A stretch of DNA of 64,000 nucleotides, from positions 381,464-445,463 of the forward strand of contig VRVR01000006.1 in NCBI GenBank assembly GCA_009859145.1, read 5' to 3'. The position numbers and the translations under genes were made by a program. Of the stretch, positions 43,238 to 53,581 are shown in pieces. Position 1 is the first letter of the stretch. The number at the start of each line of letters is the position of its first letter. This DNA comes from Andalucia godoyi And28 (taxonomy: Eukaryota; Protista; Jakobida). The notes under the pieces are model-generated. The model saw only the letters and a program-made list of their open reading frames with translations, was not told the DNA's origin and searched no databases.

Positions 43238-43825
43238 TTACGCTGGCGCGCCATACGCTTCTGGCATGCGCTCGATTGTGTATTTGTGATCCTTAATGTA
43301 CATGATGGGGACCCCTGGAACCTTGCGCAATCGTCTGTGCAAGTCTCTGTCCATTGTTCCAACAACATAGATCGGGTGCGCTTGCACTCTCTGCACAAGA
43401 CAGTCGTCTGCATACGTGCCGCCATGTGCGCACGGCAGCCGTTCAATACGAGGATCCTTGGCAAGTCGCAATGCAATACGATATTGTGGCCCAAGTTTTT
43501 CCAACTCTGCCATGACACAGTCTGTGATGCAAGGAATGCACTTTGCATACAGGCAATCCATCATGCATTTCACCATATCCATCTTGTTCTTGATTGTGAA
43601 ATTGATGAAGTTCGTATCGATCAGGATCTGATATGGCGGTCCCAATTGAGTGTTGTATGAAAAGAACAGCGACGACTGAGTCGCCTCAATTCTGTTCACA
43701 GACTGAGACTTCTTCTCCTCTTCCTTCTTCTCATTCTTGACAACATTCTCCTTCAGTCGTGCGTCTTTCGAAGAAAGCATCCTTTTCACCGCAGCAAACT
43801 TTTTCGCTTTTTTTACTCTTCCCAT
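43238..43825 (-). CDS. FCF1: rRNA-processing PIN protein Fcf1
   Basis: MGRVKKAKKFAAVKRM, LGPPYQILIDTNFINF, ITDCVMAELEKLG, GTYADDC and KVPGVPIMYI. Confidence 0.97.
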   Translation of the reverse strand: MGRVKKAKKFAAVKRMLSSKDARLKENVVKNEKKEEEKKSQSVNRIEATQSSLFFSYNTQLGPPYQILIDTNFINFTIKNKMDMVKCMMDCLYAKCIPCITDCVMAELEKLGPQYRIALRLAKDPRIERLPCAHGGTYADDCLVQRVQAHPIYVVGTMDRDLHRRLRKVPGVPIMYIKDHKYTIERMPEAYGAPA

Positions 43826-44228
43826 TCTGTCCTTTTTTTTGTCCTTCTTCCCCTTTGAGATTCAAGGCTGATGATCTATGGCCCTGCACAAACCAGAGAC
43901 TTGGAGGGAACGGACTCCGTTTTTATGCGCGAGAAATTCCTGCCAAAGAGAAATGACGGGGAAAATAAAAGAGCAACTCCCACAGGTCTGACGGACCTTT
44001 TTTTTTTTTTTTGCTGTCGTTCTTTGCTAAGCGCCGGACTTTTTCCGTCGGGAATGATTCTCCGTTTCTGACAAGCCCATAATTTTCTTCCAAATTTTTT
44101 TAAAATTTGTTAATTAAAATTAATCATTGTAATTATTCTTGTGCATTGGCGAGAACCACTGCCAAGCCAACACAGAAAACACAAACGAAGAATCGAAAAA
44201 AGGATACAACCAAGGATATAATGAGGAG

Positions 44229-45116
44229 ATGTCACGGATAAGAGTAATTCGATCTATAGTGTATAATACGCTGCCTCAGGATTATCTGAAAAAGGTTGAT
44301 GCATTCCACCAAGCCCATGATTTGCATTTCTCGGATCCATACATCCGCGTGCAGCCGTTTTTGCATCCGTCCTATACAAATCATCTCAAGGTGGACCCAA
44401 CGAAAGTCGCGAGACTGAAGTCGGACGAGGTTGCGATGTGGAATGCGATTACATCGAACCAACGCCTGGAGTTGGTCGGTGATGCGTCTCTGGCATTTCT
44501 GGTGTCAGATGACCTGTTCAGAAAGCATCCGTCCGTGGAAGAAGGAAGCTTGACATTGATGCGCGAGAACATGATCAAGAACACCACTCTGTACAGACTT
44601 GCCTCCGAGTACCTGCATTTAGACGATCTTTCTGTCCACTGCATGCCTGTCAAGGACGCCGCACACGAAAGGGGCCTGAACAAGATGATTGCGGATGCTG
44701 TCGAGGCTCTTCTGGGCGCGATTTACATTGATCAAGGGTTTTCTGTTTTGGAAAAGTTTGTTCGGAATCACATATTGGATGCCTTGTATGCAATTGCCGC
44801 CGCAGGCCCAAGCGTCCATCCAATTCCACGGTTGCAGACGCTGACCCTGAAATATGTCAAACATCTTCCGGACTACAGGTACGTCGGGCCTTCGCCAACG
44901 GGGGGTTCGCTCATGCTGGGTGTCAAGGGATCGAAGCTGTCTTCCATGGAGGACCAGGGGTCTCATGAAGTCCACTGCTTCGTCCAGGGCGAGCTGTTCG
45001 GCATTGGGCGAGCCTACAACTTCAAGATCGCAAAGACACGCGCTGCTGAGGAAGCCATTGTCGCGTTCATGCATAGACACAAGATACCAGATCACGATCC
45101 GTTGCAAAAGCGCTAA
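44229..45116 (+). CDS. Single-domain RNase III plus dsRBD
   Basis: QRLELVGDA, EGSLTLMRENMIKN, ADAVEALLGAIYIDQG; C-terminal dsRBD (CFVQGELFGIG..KIAKTRAAEEAI). ATG at 44229. Confidence 0.92.
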   Translation: MSRIRVIRSIVYNTLPQDYLKKVDAFHQAHDLHFSDPYIRVQPFLHPSYTNHLKVDPTKVARLKSDEVAMWNAITSNQRLELVGDASLAFLVSDDLFRKHPSVEEGSLTLMRENMIKNTTLYRLASEYLHLDDLSVHCMPVKDAAHERGLNKMIADAVEALLGAIYIDQGFSVLEKFVRNHILDALYAIAAAGPSVHPIPRLQTLTLKYVKHLPDYRYVGPSPTGGSLMLGVKGSKLSSMEDQGSHEVHCFVQGELFGIGRAYNFKIAKTRAAEEAIVAFMHRHKIPDHDPLQKR

Positions 45117-45256
45117 GGCATGCATTCTCTCCCGCGGAATCCCTGCAGCTAGAGCAAGAGGAAAGTGAGGGAAACAGTGCGAGTGAGAGGCTTGCACCCT
45201 CAGAAACGATTCACATGTAAACACACAATTTATTTTATTTCATCTGGCTTCCTTTG

Positions 45257-45535
45257 CTAGTCGACGGAGTTCATGTCGACGTCTCCCTGTTCTGATTGTT
45301 CTTTCGCAGGCGCCGGTTTTGCATTTGGTGCCTGGTCCCATTCTATGCGACAAGACACGAACCTTCCCGCTGAGTCGTACAGATACGAAATCCTCTTTTT
45401 CGTCGCGAGTATTTTCTTCGCGTCGTCTTCTTTGATCCACCCAATCATGTCGACAAGAGTTTCATTTGCCTTTGATGCTTCCAAAATGTTCTGCCAGATC
45501 TCCTTGTATCCGAGTGTCGGTTGATCCGTCGCCAT
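45257..45535 (-). CDS. Small hypothetical protein, 92 aa
   Basis: ATG-initiated, protein-like composition, convergent spacing like neighbouring genes. No family recognised. Confidence 0.5.
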   Translation of the reverse strand: MATDQPTLGYKEIWQNILEASKANETLVDMIGWIKEDDAKKILATKKRISYLYDSAGRFVSCRIEWDQAPNAKPAPAKEQSEQGDVDMNSVD

Positions 45536-45966
45536 GTGTATCTCCGCAGGTGGGTAGACAGGTAGGCCTGTATGTATGTATGTACGCGTGTGTGTGTGTG
45601 TGGGTATATGAGAAAGTTATAATCCGACAAATAGTAATTGTGGTGGTAGTGGAAAGCAGATGACCCATCGACAAAGGAGCCTTCCGTCAACTCAAAGAGA
45701 GGATTGAGGACGGTACGAGAGGCCTCAACTGCAAATCCAAGACTCAATCTTTTCCTGTCGTTGTCCACGTTTTGCAGCTTGCTTCGTCGTGGCGGTATGC
45801 AGAATGGAAAAGAGAATGACGAGCCTTTGCACTGCGTTTCGTTTGGCTTTTGATGTTCAAAAAAGAGATTGCTAACGATATGTGTTTTTTTCTTTTTCTT
45901 TTTTGGTGAATCGACGAGCGCGGGAAGAAAACGAGACGAACAAGACGATCAGAAAAAGCAAGAAGA

Positions 45967-47217
45967 ATGCATTCTGCACTGTCTTTCAGTCCAGTTTCGG
46001 AGGTCATAAAGGTTGATTCTGCCGCAGATCATTATCGTCGGCGAATTTCAACGTCTTTGCTGATGTCTGTGCAGGCGCTGAGTCATGCTCCCGGGGACAT
46101 TGACGTATCTGATTTGTGTGTGCATTCCGTGAACGAAGAACTGTCTGCTCTAATCGAAAGGGAAGTGTCCGAGTCTCGCAACAGGCCCTTTGGGACGGAG
46201 CGAGATCATGTGCCACAGAGGAAGCGACGGGATCGGCCGTATTATCCAAATGTTCCATTGCTGAAACTGAGTTTGCGATTTGAAAACGTACCGACGAAGG
46301 CTGATATAGGCGCTCGCAACCGGTCGTATGCACTTCACATGGCAAAGGACGCTGCAGCGGATGATGTTGCAGAGGTAGTAGGAAAAGACCACCAGTGCGC
46401 CATACCTAGTTTCCGGCGATGTGTGGAAGCGGAGCGGAAGATTACATCGGCCAGCCAGAGGCGATCTCCGCTCTCACAGTTCCACGGTTCCGATTCACTG
46501 TTGAGAAATTTGGTGCTCTCCGTAGTGGTGTTTCATCCTCAAAAAACACAAAAGATGGAAGAATTCTGGGTGGCTGCTGATCAGCCTTTGACAGATCTTG
46601 CCGACGCGATCCACTGCCTTACAAACGAAATTGCACCTCCGTCCCGCTTTTCGAAGTTCTTCTTTATCGAAGACGTATTTTACAGCGAAGCAACAGCTCC
46701 AGTGGAACCTCACACGGATTCAACGGGGACCGAGGGCAATCCTGCTGCGGATGATCCCGTCGTAGCTTGCATGCGGTTGTCTTCTGCTTCCGCGAACCAC
46801 CCGGAGTGGAAAGTGAAGGCAATGCACGAGACTACGTTTTCACAACTCAGTCTCCGCATTGGGGCTACGTACTGCTTTGTGCACAATGGGTCGTGTACAC
46901 ATCATCTTGTTTTTTCGGAAATTCGCCCGTTTGATAGTCGCTCGGATTTCCATCCCTACGATGGCGACGCGACGAATGCGCCCTCACGGTTTCTGGCGAG
47001 CGTTTTCTATCCTTGGAGATATTATCAGTTTCGTATTCGTCGGAGAAAATGCAACGTCTGTGACGTTTTCAGCGCGAAGTTTTTTTCGGAAAACGACGAG
47101 CTGTCCGATCACAGTCCCTTTTTTATATGCCCGCGTTGTCACGATCTTCTTCACAAGGACGCCGATGGTCAGCTTGTCCAGAGTTCATTGAAGTTGCTTC
47201 CGTACTTTCACGAATGA
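45967..47217 (+). CDS. SNAPC3: snRNA-activating protein complex subunit 3 (SNAP50)
   Basis: QPLTDLADAIHC, FFFIEDVFY, LRIGATYCFVHNGSCTHHLVFSEIR and CNVC..CPRCHDLLH. Confidence 0.93.
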   Translation: MHSALSFSPVSEVIKVDSAADHYRRRISTSLLMSVQALSHAPGDIDVSDLCVHSVNEELSALIEREVSESRNRPFGTERDHVPQRKRRDRPYYPNVPLLKLSLRFENVPTKADIGARNRSYALHMAKDAAADDVAEVVGKDHQCAIPSFRRCVEAERKITSASQRRSPLSQFHGSDSLLRNLVLSVVVFHPQKTQKMEEFWVAADQPLTDLADAIHCLTNEIAPPSRFSKFFFIEDVFYSEATAPVEPHTDSTGTEGNPAADDPVVACMRLSSASANHPEWKVKAMHETTFSQLSLRIGATYCFVHNGSCTHHLVFSEIRPFDSRSDFHPYDGDATNAPSRFLASVFYPWRYYQFRIRRRKCNVCDVFSAKFFSENDELSDHSPFFICPRCHDLLHKDADGQLVQSSLKLLPYFHE

Positions 47218-47568
47218 GACCTGAGAATGGTCTCCGACTCTAGACTTTGGAGCCGGACCGGGAGCACCACTCGTTTCGCCTGCAGTGTACACTAAACATG
47301 GGCTGATCCTTGCTGACCATTCATATGCAGTCTTGCATTGGAACCGAACGTGAATTCAATTCAATTCAGAAGGGGTGGTAGGCCCCAGTCCGCCGAAGCG
47401 TTCTTCCAATGGATGGTCCGCGCACCACTCCAATCTCTCTCGATCCAGACGAGCCTGACATGACGAGGATATAGGAATGACGACGGAACTGTTGTGAATG
47501 GGGAAAAGGCGAAGGGAAATAATAGCATAAGTAATTTTTGATTTTTCCTGAATGAGGGTCAAGTATTA

Positions 47569-47800
47569 CACCCCCAACCCCAAGCCCTCTCCAAACATTT
47601 GGCTCGCATGCTCCGCCTCAGACAGATTAATCTGGCGTATCTAATGCGCCTTTTACAATCTGCATCAGCGCCCATCATCGATTACAAGGAAATCGGTTCA
47701 ACAGTGTCTCATTGGGCCTCGACCTGCACACCTTCAGCCATACTATCCGATGATCTTCACAGCCGTCCATCAGTCGTTTTCGATTGGAGAGTTTCTGCTG
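47569..47800 (+). mobile_element. MITE-like family B, copy 3
   Basis: Near-identical core to 31345-31415 (acagtgtctcattgggcctcgacctgcacaccttcagccat..). Ends read TA|CAC and CTG|TA. Confidence 0.75.
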
Positions 47801-48008
47801 TACTGTAGACTGTTTCGATAACGAAAACGCACAGGCCTGCTGTAGAAATTAGGAAGCTGCAGCGGTGTCGACGAGGGTCAACAGAGGAGGTTTTCTTTTT
47901 TCTTTTTCTTTTACTTTTTTTCTTTTTTTGCTTCGATCTTTTTTGCCTTTTCCGTCTTCTTTTCTTGTGTGCAAAGGAGTCCTGGATGCACGTTGCAGTG
48001 CATGATCA

Positions 48009-49184
48009 ATGCGAGCAGTCCTTGGGCCATCGAGGCCTTGGAAGGCAATTGACATCTTCCGTTTTCGGTTTCTCGCTGTCTTTTTGTGTCTTCTTGTGTC
48101 GTTCGTTGTGATCCTTCGAGTATTCTTTTCATCTGCAGACCTTGTGACTGCTCCGTCGAATGTGTATTTCGTAGCCATGAATTTTTACAACAACGAGCCT
48201 CTTCTTCCTCATTTTCGTCGGCAGTTGCTGCGTCTTGTTGATATGCTTGGCGCAGAACGTGTTTATGTCAGTGTTTTTGAAAACGGGTCTGTTGACGGGA
48301 CCCGTGTTCAGTTGCAAATGATGTCTGAGGAACTGAGTGCTCTACGTCTAGCAGGGTTTCGTTTTACGTTTGAGGATCGGAAAAGATGTCCCTTCGTGGA
48401 CAGAATTGAGTACATGGCGCGTGTTCGGAATCGAGCGATGGAGTATTTGACTTACGATTCAAACGCAATCCGCCTCACATCGGGACCTAATGTTACACCG
48501 TTGATCGTATTTCTTAACGATATTTTCTTTTTTGCCGAGGATATTGTCCGTTTGATAAAGACGAATTCGGGACGATATGACATGGTCTGTGCAATGGACT
48601 ATTACAGCACTTTCTATGATTCGTGGGTGACACGAGATATTACGGGGCACATGTTTGAGGATTTTTTCCCTCACACTAATCATCATGCTTCAAGAGAGAA
48701 ACTTGCACGAGGCGTTCCCACCGAAGTGTATTCTTGTTGGAACGGGGCGGTCGTCATGTCCGCTGTTCCCTTCATGCGCAAAGACCTACGGTTCCGGTCG
48801 AATGACCCCGGGACTTGCTACCATTCGGAGTGTTTCCTGGTTTGCGAAGATCTGAGAGCTCTGGGATATGATCGTATTTTCGTGAACCCTGCCGTGCGAG
48901 TCTCGTACGAGCCAAAATATTATTACCTCCATAACTATCTCATGAAGCCGCTCGAGCCGTTTTTGTTGTTGATGCACTCCTGGAAACACCCGTCTCGCGT
49001 TACAATGGACCGCCAAGTGGATTTTGATGCGCTCTGCACCACACGACAGTACGATGTCGAACAGGAAGTTGTTTTGACCGACGACGATTTGTTTTGTACC
49101 GACGAAGAACTGCAGAACAAAGACTTACTGGATCTACCGACATACGTAGAATTTCCCTTTGATGCGGCTTCTATTTTCGTTTAG
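48009..49184 (+). CDS. CAP59/CMT1-family (GT69) alpha-1,3-mannosyltransferase-like protein
   Basis: Type II TM; FENGSVDGT, MARVRNRAM, FLNDI, FYDSWVTRD, SCWNGA, SEC and IFVNPAVRVSY. Confidence 0.92.
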   Translation: MRAVLGPSRPWKAIDIFRFRFLAVFLCLLVSFVVILRVFFSSADLVTAPSNVYFVAMNFYNNEPLLPHFRRQLLRLVDMLGAERVYVSVFENGSVDGTRVQLQMMSEELSALRLAGFRFTFEDRKRCPFVDRIEYMARVRNRAMEYLTYDSNAIRLTSGPNVTPLIVFLNDIFFFAEDIVRLIKTNSGRYDMVCAMDYYSTFYDSWVTRDITGHMFEDFFPHTNHHASREKLARGVPTEVYSCWNGAVVMSAVPFMRKDLRFRSNDPGTCYHSECFLVCEDLRALGYDRIFVNPAVRVSYEPKYYYLHNYLMKPLEPFLLLMHSWKHPSRVTMDRQVDFDALCTTRQYDVEQEVVLTDDDLFCTDEELQNKDLLDLPTYVEFPFDAASIFV

Positions 49185-49741
49185 CGAGTGTATGATCATG
49201 CATTGAAGTGATGCCAAGGGAATCGTGCGTCTTTAGCACACACGCACGCCAAAACAAAAACAAAAAAAGATTTTGCCATTTTCGTTACCGCTGTTAGCAA
49301 AGAATGCGTCGTGGCCTCAGAGGTCATCCACCATCCGTGCTGGGAATGCTGCCGGCGTAGCACTGTTGGCGACTTTTGAACTATTCGTATCGTGTTTTAT
49401 TTCGTTTTCATCGTCTTGGACAAATTGCTTGACACCCCCCAATATATAGTGGGTTTCCCTCATCCTGTTAGAACTACGCCGAATAAATCTCTCTCTCTCC
49501 CTCTCTCTCCCTCTCTCTCCCTTTGACGCAGTGCGTCGCAGCCGTAAACTGGAAGAAACTTTCGCAGCGCAGGGCCATTACCCGAAACGTGGTTTGTTCC
49601 GGCTTCCGGAAGGCAAAGTGTGCTAGGGTTTTTTTCCAGATCGCAATATCCGCAGAATTGCATGTCTCACCAGATATTTTTCATCTTTTCATCATCATCA
49701 TCTTCTTTTCGAGGAACGACAGCCAGTAAAAGACAGTTTCC

Positions 49742-50704
49742 ATGACTCAGTCAGTTCTGTTGGTCTTCTTGCTGGGCGCTTTGCTGTATGCAGGATCTGC
49801 GCAGCGAGTATTTGTGGTCGACTGGAGTGTTACCACGGCAACGCCCTTTGATTATATCGATCTTTCCGCTGTCATGGGCCCGGCGGACTTGCCTCGCTTG
49901 GAAACCGGCTTCTCCCTCTCCCGCGTAACCCGGTTTCTGACGTATGCGCCGCTCAATAAGACTGGATTCACCTTTGACTCATATAACAGCATTGTGATTG
50001 CCTTTGACGTGAACTCGCTTGTGTTTCGCACAGTATCGGCAGCACCTCCGGGATGGGTGGCCGCGATGTCGTATGATTCCATCACTGCAAAGCTGTATTT
50101 TGCTGTTGGTGCATACGGCGGGGGGTTCCCGTACACAATCGTTTCTATGGATCCCTGGGATGCAAAGCCTGCTGCCACGTTCAAACACATTCTCGATGTC
50201 GCATGTCCAGACTCGAATCCGCGAAACGTCCATCTGATTGATGTGTCGGGTCTCGTCGTGGACTCCGTGCGTCAAAGGTTTTATGTGTCCATTACTACAT
50301 ATTTCTACTATCCGGGATCATGGATTCAGAAATATGACGTTTCATCGTCGTCGCCGAGATTGTCGTATGTACTCTCCGGCAACCTCACAGCCACGATTTT
50401 GGATATTGTCAGTCCGTCTCATGGCGAGATTTCGCAAATCTATGTTGCGGATTCGATGAGTTCATCGAAGCACGGTAACATTTACTCTGTGGATGTTGAG
50501 ACTGGGGATATCGCAACTGTCGTGGAATCTGCCCCGGGCATGCTGGGCATCGCAACGGACGGAGCTGCTCTGTACTGGACCTCAAGGTTTAATCCGAATT
50601 GTGCTGTTTATCGAACCTCTGTTTTCAGCAACATGAATTGCGTCGCTCTTCCGAATTCGCAATCTGCACTCAACAATTACTATTCCATTCTCATTGCGAA
50701 CTGA
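49742..50704 (+). CDS. Secreted beta-rich (propeller-like) protein
   Basis: Signal peptide; repeated YD...KLYF, VDSVRQRFYV and ATDGAALYWT strands. Confidence 0.75.
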   Translation: MTQSVLLVFLLGALLYAGSAQRVFVVDWSVTTATPFDYIDLSAVMGPADLPRLETGFSLSRVTRFLTYAPLNKTGFTFDSYNSIVIAFDVNSLVFRTVSAAPPGWVAAMSYDSITAKLYFAVGAYGGGFPYTIVSMDPWDAKPAATFKHILDVACPDSNPRNVHLIDVSGLVVDSVRQRFYVSITTYFYYPGSWIQKYDVSSSSPRLSYVLSGNLTATILDIVSPSHGEISQIYVADSMSSSKHGNIYSVDVETGDIATVVESAPGMLGIATDGAALYWTSRFNPNCAVYRTSVFSNMNCVALPNSQSALNNYYSILIAN

Positions 50705-50898
50705 GAATCTGGTTGACCGTCCACTGTATCGGTGTCATGAATGTGTTTTTGCAGATACGCTTTTCCAAAATAAAATTATGGGGACCCGGATTCTGAAGTT
50801 GTGCTGCTGCAGGATGAATATTGCGTGCGGCTTGGAAGACGGATTTATGACTGGAGAGCCGACAATCGGGGGAACCCGAGGACAGGTCAGTTGCTACG

Positions 50899-51669
50899 CT
50901 AAGGATACGGCGAGTCGAGGTATTCATGCGTTGACATTGACAACAACTTGATCTCGAGCTCTACTGGCTCTGTCTTCAAGAGCAACGACTGCCGAACAGA
51001 AAACCAGCATTTCCGTGACGGGTCAGCTAGTTTCTTGAACAATGCTTGAATAAGGATGATATACAGCTTCAAGACGAAAAACAGCCATGCAGAGAAAAAA
51101 GCATACTGAACACTGCTTCTTTTGTTAGCATCGTCTTCAGAATCAATAATATGGAACAAAATGACGAGAACAATAGTCCCTGTCTTGGTTATCGTGTATG
51201 TGACATATATATGCTTCCACACGAACGGCTGCACGGCGGCAAATGGCCAAGGGATTGATTCTACTGTGGAGACAGTATCCAGGGTCCACATTAGTCCGCA
51301 AAAAGACAAATATATGATGACGACAAGAGCAACGTACAACAAAAAACCGGAGAGCGACAGAAAGGAAAACGACGCCCAGACGTTGCCTAACAAATCAAGC
51401 AAAACATTCGAAGGGAGCACAAACAAAAATGCGTATTTGGACGCAATATCCCATTCAGACTCTCTCCACGTGCGCCAGTTCTTCACGAGAACAGACCAGG
51501 AAAAAGACGAAATCATGACTTCAAACAAGAAACTTGCCAATCCGTAGAGCATATACCAAAGCTCAGAGCTTGAGGAAGAAAAGAACCCGTTGCGAAGAAC
51601 ATAACACGAAAGCGCAAACGAAGAAATTGACGTGACATACAAGTAGCTAACCAGAAGGAAGGTCCACAT
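50899..51669 (-). CDS. Multi-pass membrane protein of unknown function
   Basis: 256-aa ORF with about 6 hydrophobic segments. The frame is open to 51771, so the true start may be disrupted. Confidence 0.65.
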   Translation of the reverse strand: MWTFLLVSYLYVTSISSFALSCYVLRNGFFSSSSSELWYMLYGLASFLFEVMISSFSWSVLVKNWRTWRESEWDIASKYAFLFVLPSNVLLDLLGNVWASFSFLSLSGFLLYVALVVIIYLSFCGLMWTLDTVSTVESIPWPFAAVQPFVWKHIYVTYTITKTGTIVLVILFHIIDSEDDANKRSSVQYAFFSAWLFFVLKLYIILIQALFKKLADPSRKCWFSVRQSLLLKTEPVELEIKLLSMSTHEYLDSPYP

Positions 51670-51806
51670 CGGGTATGGACGGCGGATATAATCATCTGAA
51701 ATCGAAGAAGGGTTTGGGTTGTGCTTCCAAATGTGTTCCGATGCGGGAACAAAAAGAATCTTTTTCCTTTTTCAACCATCCTGCGCACCAGGTGTCAGCC
51801 GACCGC

Positions 51807-53581
51807 AGTCGATTTTAGGCGAACTCGAGTTCGCATGGCTGCGCACTTCTGTTCTATCTCTGTTCCTACTTAATACCAAGATGCGATTTCGAAATGTATG
51901 CAACGTCCACAACAAGATCTCTTTGAATCTCAAAAATCGTCGCTTTTGGCTGCCTTCCTGCAGAGTTGTGTTTTTTGATTAATTAGGTCATAAAAGCATC
52001 ATGCATTTCTGTTTTTCTCTGTGCTGTTCATGTATTCAGTGCATCGGCATGCGCCTGCATCGACAAGGAGCTGCTCAACGGAGTTCTGCACTCTTGTGTT
52101 CTTCTGTGATATCGCCGTTTCACGCCTTGTTCTTGAAGAACCGTGATTGCGCCACTGCCAGCGGACGACAGACAGCCCCATCACGACGCCTGTCGCGCGC
52201 TCACCGGTCCAAAGTGCAACAATGAGACCAAAAACTGAGGATGACAGCACATTTTACATTGAAAAGTACAGCTCACCGATTGCACCAAACGAGCTCGCTG
52301 ATGTCCAGCAGCACTAATTCCGCTCCCGCTCTACCCATATCGAGAAACTGTGCAGCCAGAAACACTTGTGCCAATGAAACCGTCATCTCCACATCCAGGC
52401 AATCGTCCTGCGGACCCGTTTGCTGCTGTGGTGTTTTGCACTTGCCGTTTTCTTTTTACTTCTGTTCCTGTCCTGATGTGTTTTCAGAGATTGCGTAAAC
52501 AGAATTTGGATATCTACGACGTGTTTGCTGCAACCCTCAACAAATCGCCACAGCATCCTGCTCCTGATGCAACAGTCGACTTGAGCCTTCAATCGCCGGT
52601 GCTTTCGGAATCGCCCATCGACCTGACCATCGACACATCTCCTCGGGACTTGGGATCCCCGGAACCATCGCAGTGTGCCGCGCCGCCGGCGGACATGCCC
52701 GCGCAGACTACAGTCCCTGCTTGGAACGGCAATGACAATGACGACCAGCACGACAGAAGCATGGCTGGTAGTGCCCACAGCAGCATTCGAACCAAGGCAC
52801 AAGAGCGGTTGATGACCACATGGGAAAGCAGAGAGAAAAAAGCAAAGGCGAGACTCGTCACATTCGAAGAGAGGACGCCCGTGTATTTCGATGTCCCAGG
52901 GGCAAGCAAACTGGCTCCCGTGAGGCAGCCTGGGATCGTCGCAGAGCGGGTGCGCAACCGAAGGACAGGAAAGCCGATGGATTCGTACAAGATCCTCTTT
53001 GAAGGAAAGCTGGTTGAGCCTGCGATGAAGTCTTCTGCTCTCGTGGCACTAACTCCCAGGGGAACGGCCCAAGACACGCAGCTCCGAGCCATGTTGCAAA
53101 AGTACGAAAGCCAAGAAACAGTGGAAAAGATATCTGTCTTCGAAGCTGGGATGAAACATTCAACGGGTGTCGAGCCGATCCTGTCAAACGACGGACCGCG
53201 CTTCTGTAACTGCAGGAGAACAAAGCACAAATGCTCCAATTCACACTGCCCATGCATCAAGAACAGCCGTCGGTGCACCGCGCTGTGCCACGAAGGCGAC
53301 TCGTGCGCGAATGGGTGATCGACGGTGGCCACAAGAGGATAGTATGCTTCCGTCATCCCCTTTACGCAATGATAGCAGGATCATTTCTTCTCCGGCCCAT
53401 CCCTCTTTCGACCTTCCGACATACCCGGAGAGCCTGCTGCAAGCGGCGTGAGGAGCATGCAATATGTCGTTGAGAAACAGCACAGATAAAGAGAGAACGA
53501 TACGTTGCAAAGAATAACATATGCCAACTCGAGTTCGCATGGGTGGCGGTCAGGCGAACTCGAGTTCGCCTAAAATCGACT
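51807..53581. mobile_element. TIR-bounded element with 28-bp perfect inverted repeats, no transposase
   Basis: 51807-51834 AGTCGATTTTAGGCGAACTCGAGTTCGC is the exact reverse complement of 53554-53581. No TSD found. Confidence 0.85.
52374..53318 (+). CDS. Element-borne protein with C-terminal CXC-type Cys cluster (start uncertain, possible intron 52428-52487)
   Basis: Ends CNCRRTKHKCSNSHCPCIKNSRRCTALCHEGDSCAN; low-complexity N-terminal half. Confidence 0.65.
   Translation: MKPSSPHPGNRPADPFAAVVFCTCRFLFTSVPVLMCFQRLRKQNLDIYDVFAATLNKSPQHPAPDATVDLSLQSPVLSESPIDLTIDTSPRDLGSPEPSQCAAPPADMPAQTTVPAWNGNDNDDQHDRSMAGSAHSSIRTKAQERLMTTWESREKKAKARLVTFEERTPVYFDVPGASKLAPVRQPGIVAERVRNRRTGKPMDSYKILFEGKLVEPAMKSSALVALTPRGTAQDTQLRAMLQKYESQETVEKISVFEAGMKHSTGVEPILSNDGPRFCNCRRTKHKCSNSHCPCIKNSRRCTALCHEGDSCANG

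Noticed and set aside
42025-47217. BCP1, FCF1, RNase III and SNAPC3 as a functional RNA-processing cluster
   Set aside because: Mixed orientations, different pathways and an unrelated ORF in between. Chance adjacency is likely in a dense genome, and synteny data are needed.
47644-47662. GCCTTTTAC, identical to U5 snRNA loop I
   Set aside because: The flanks do not form the U5 stem, and the motif is not conserved in the other two family B copies.
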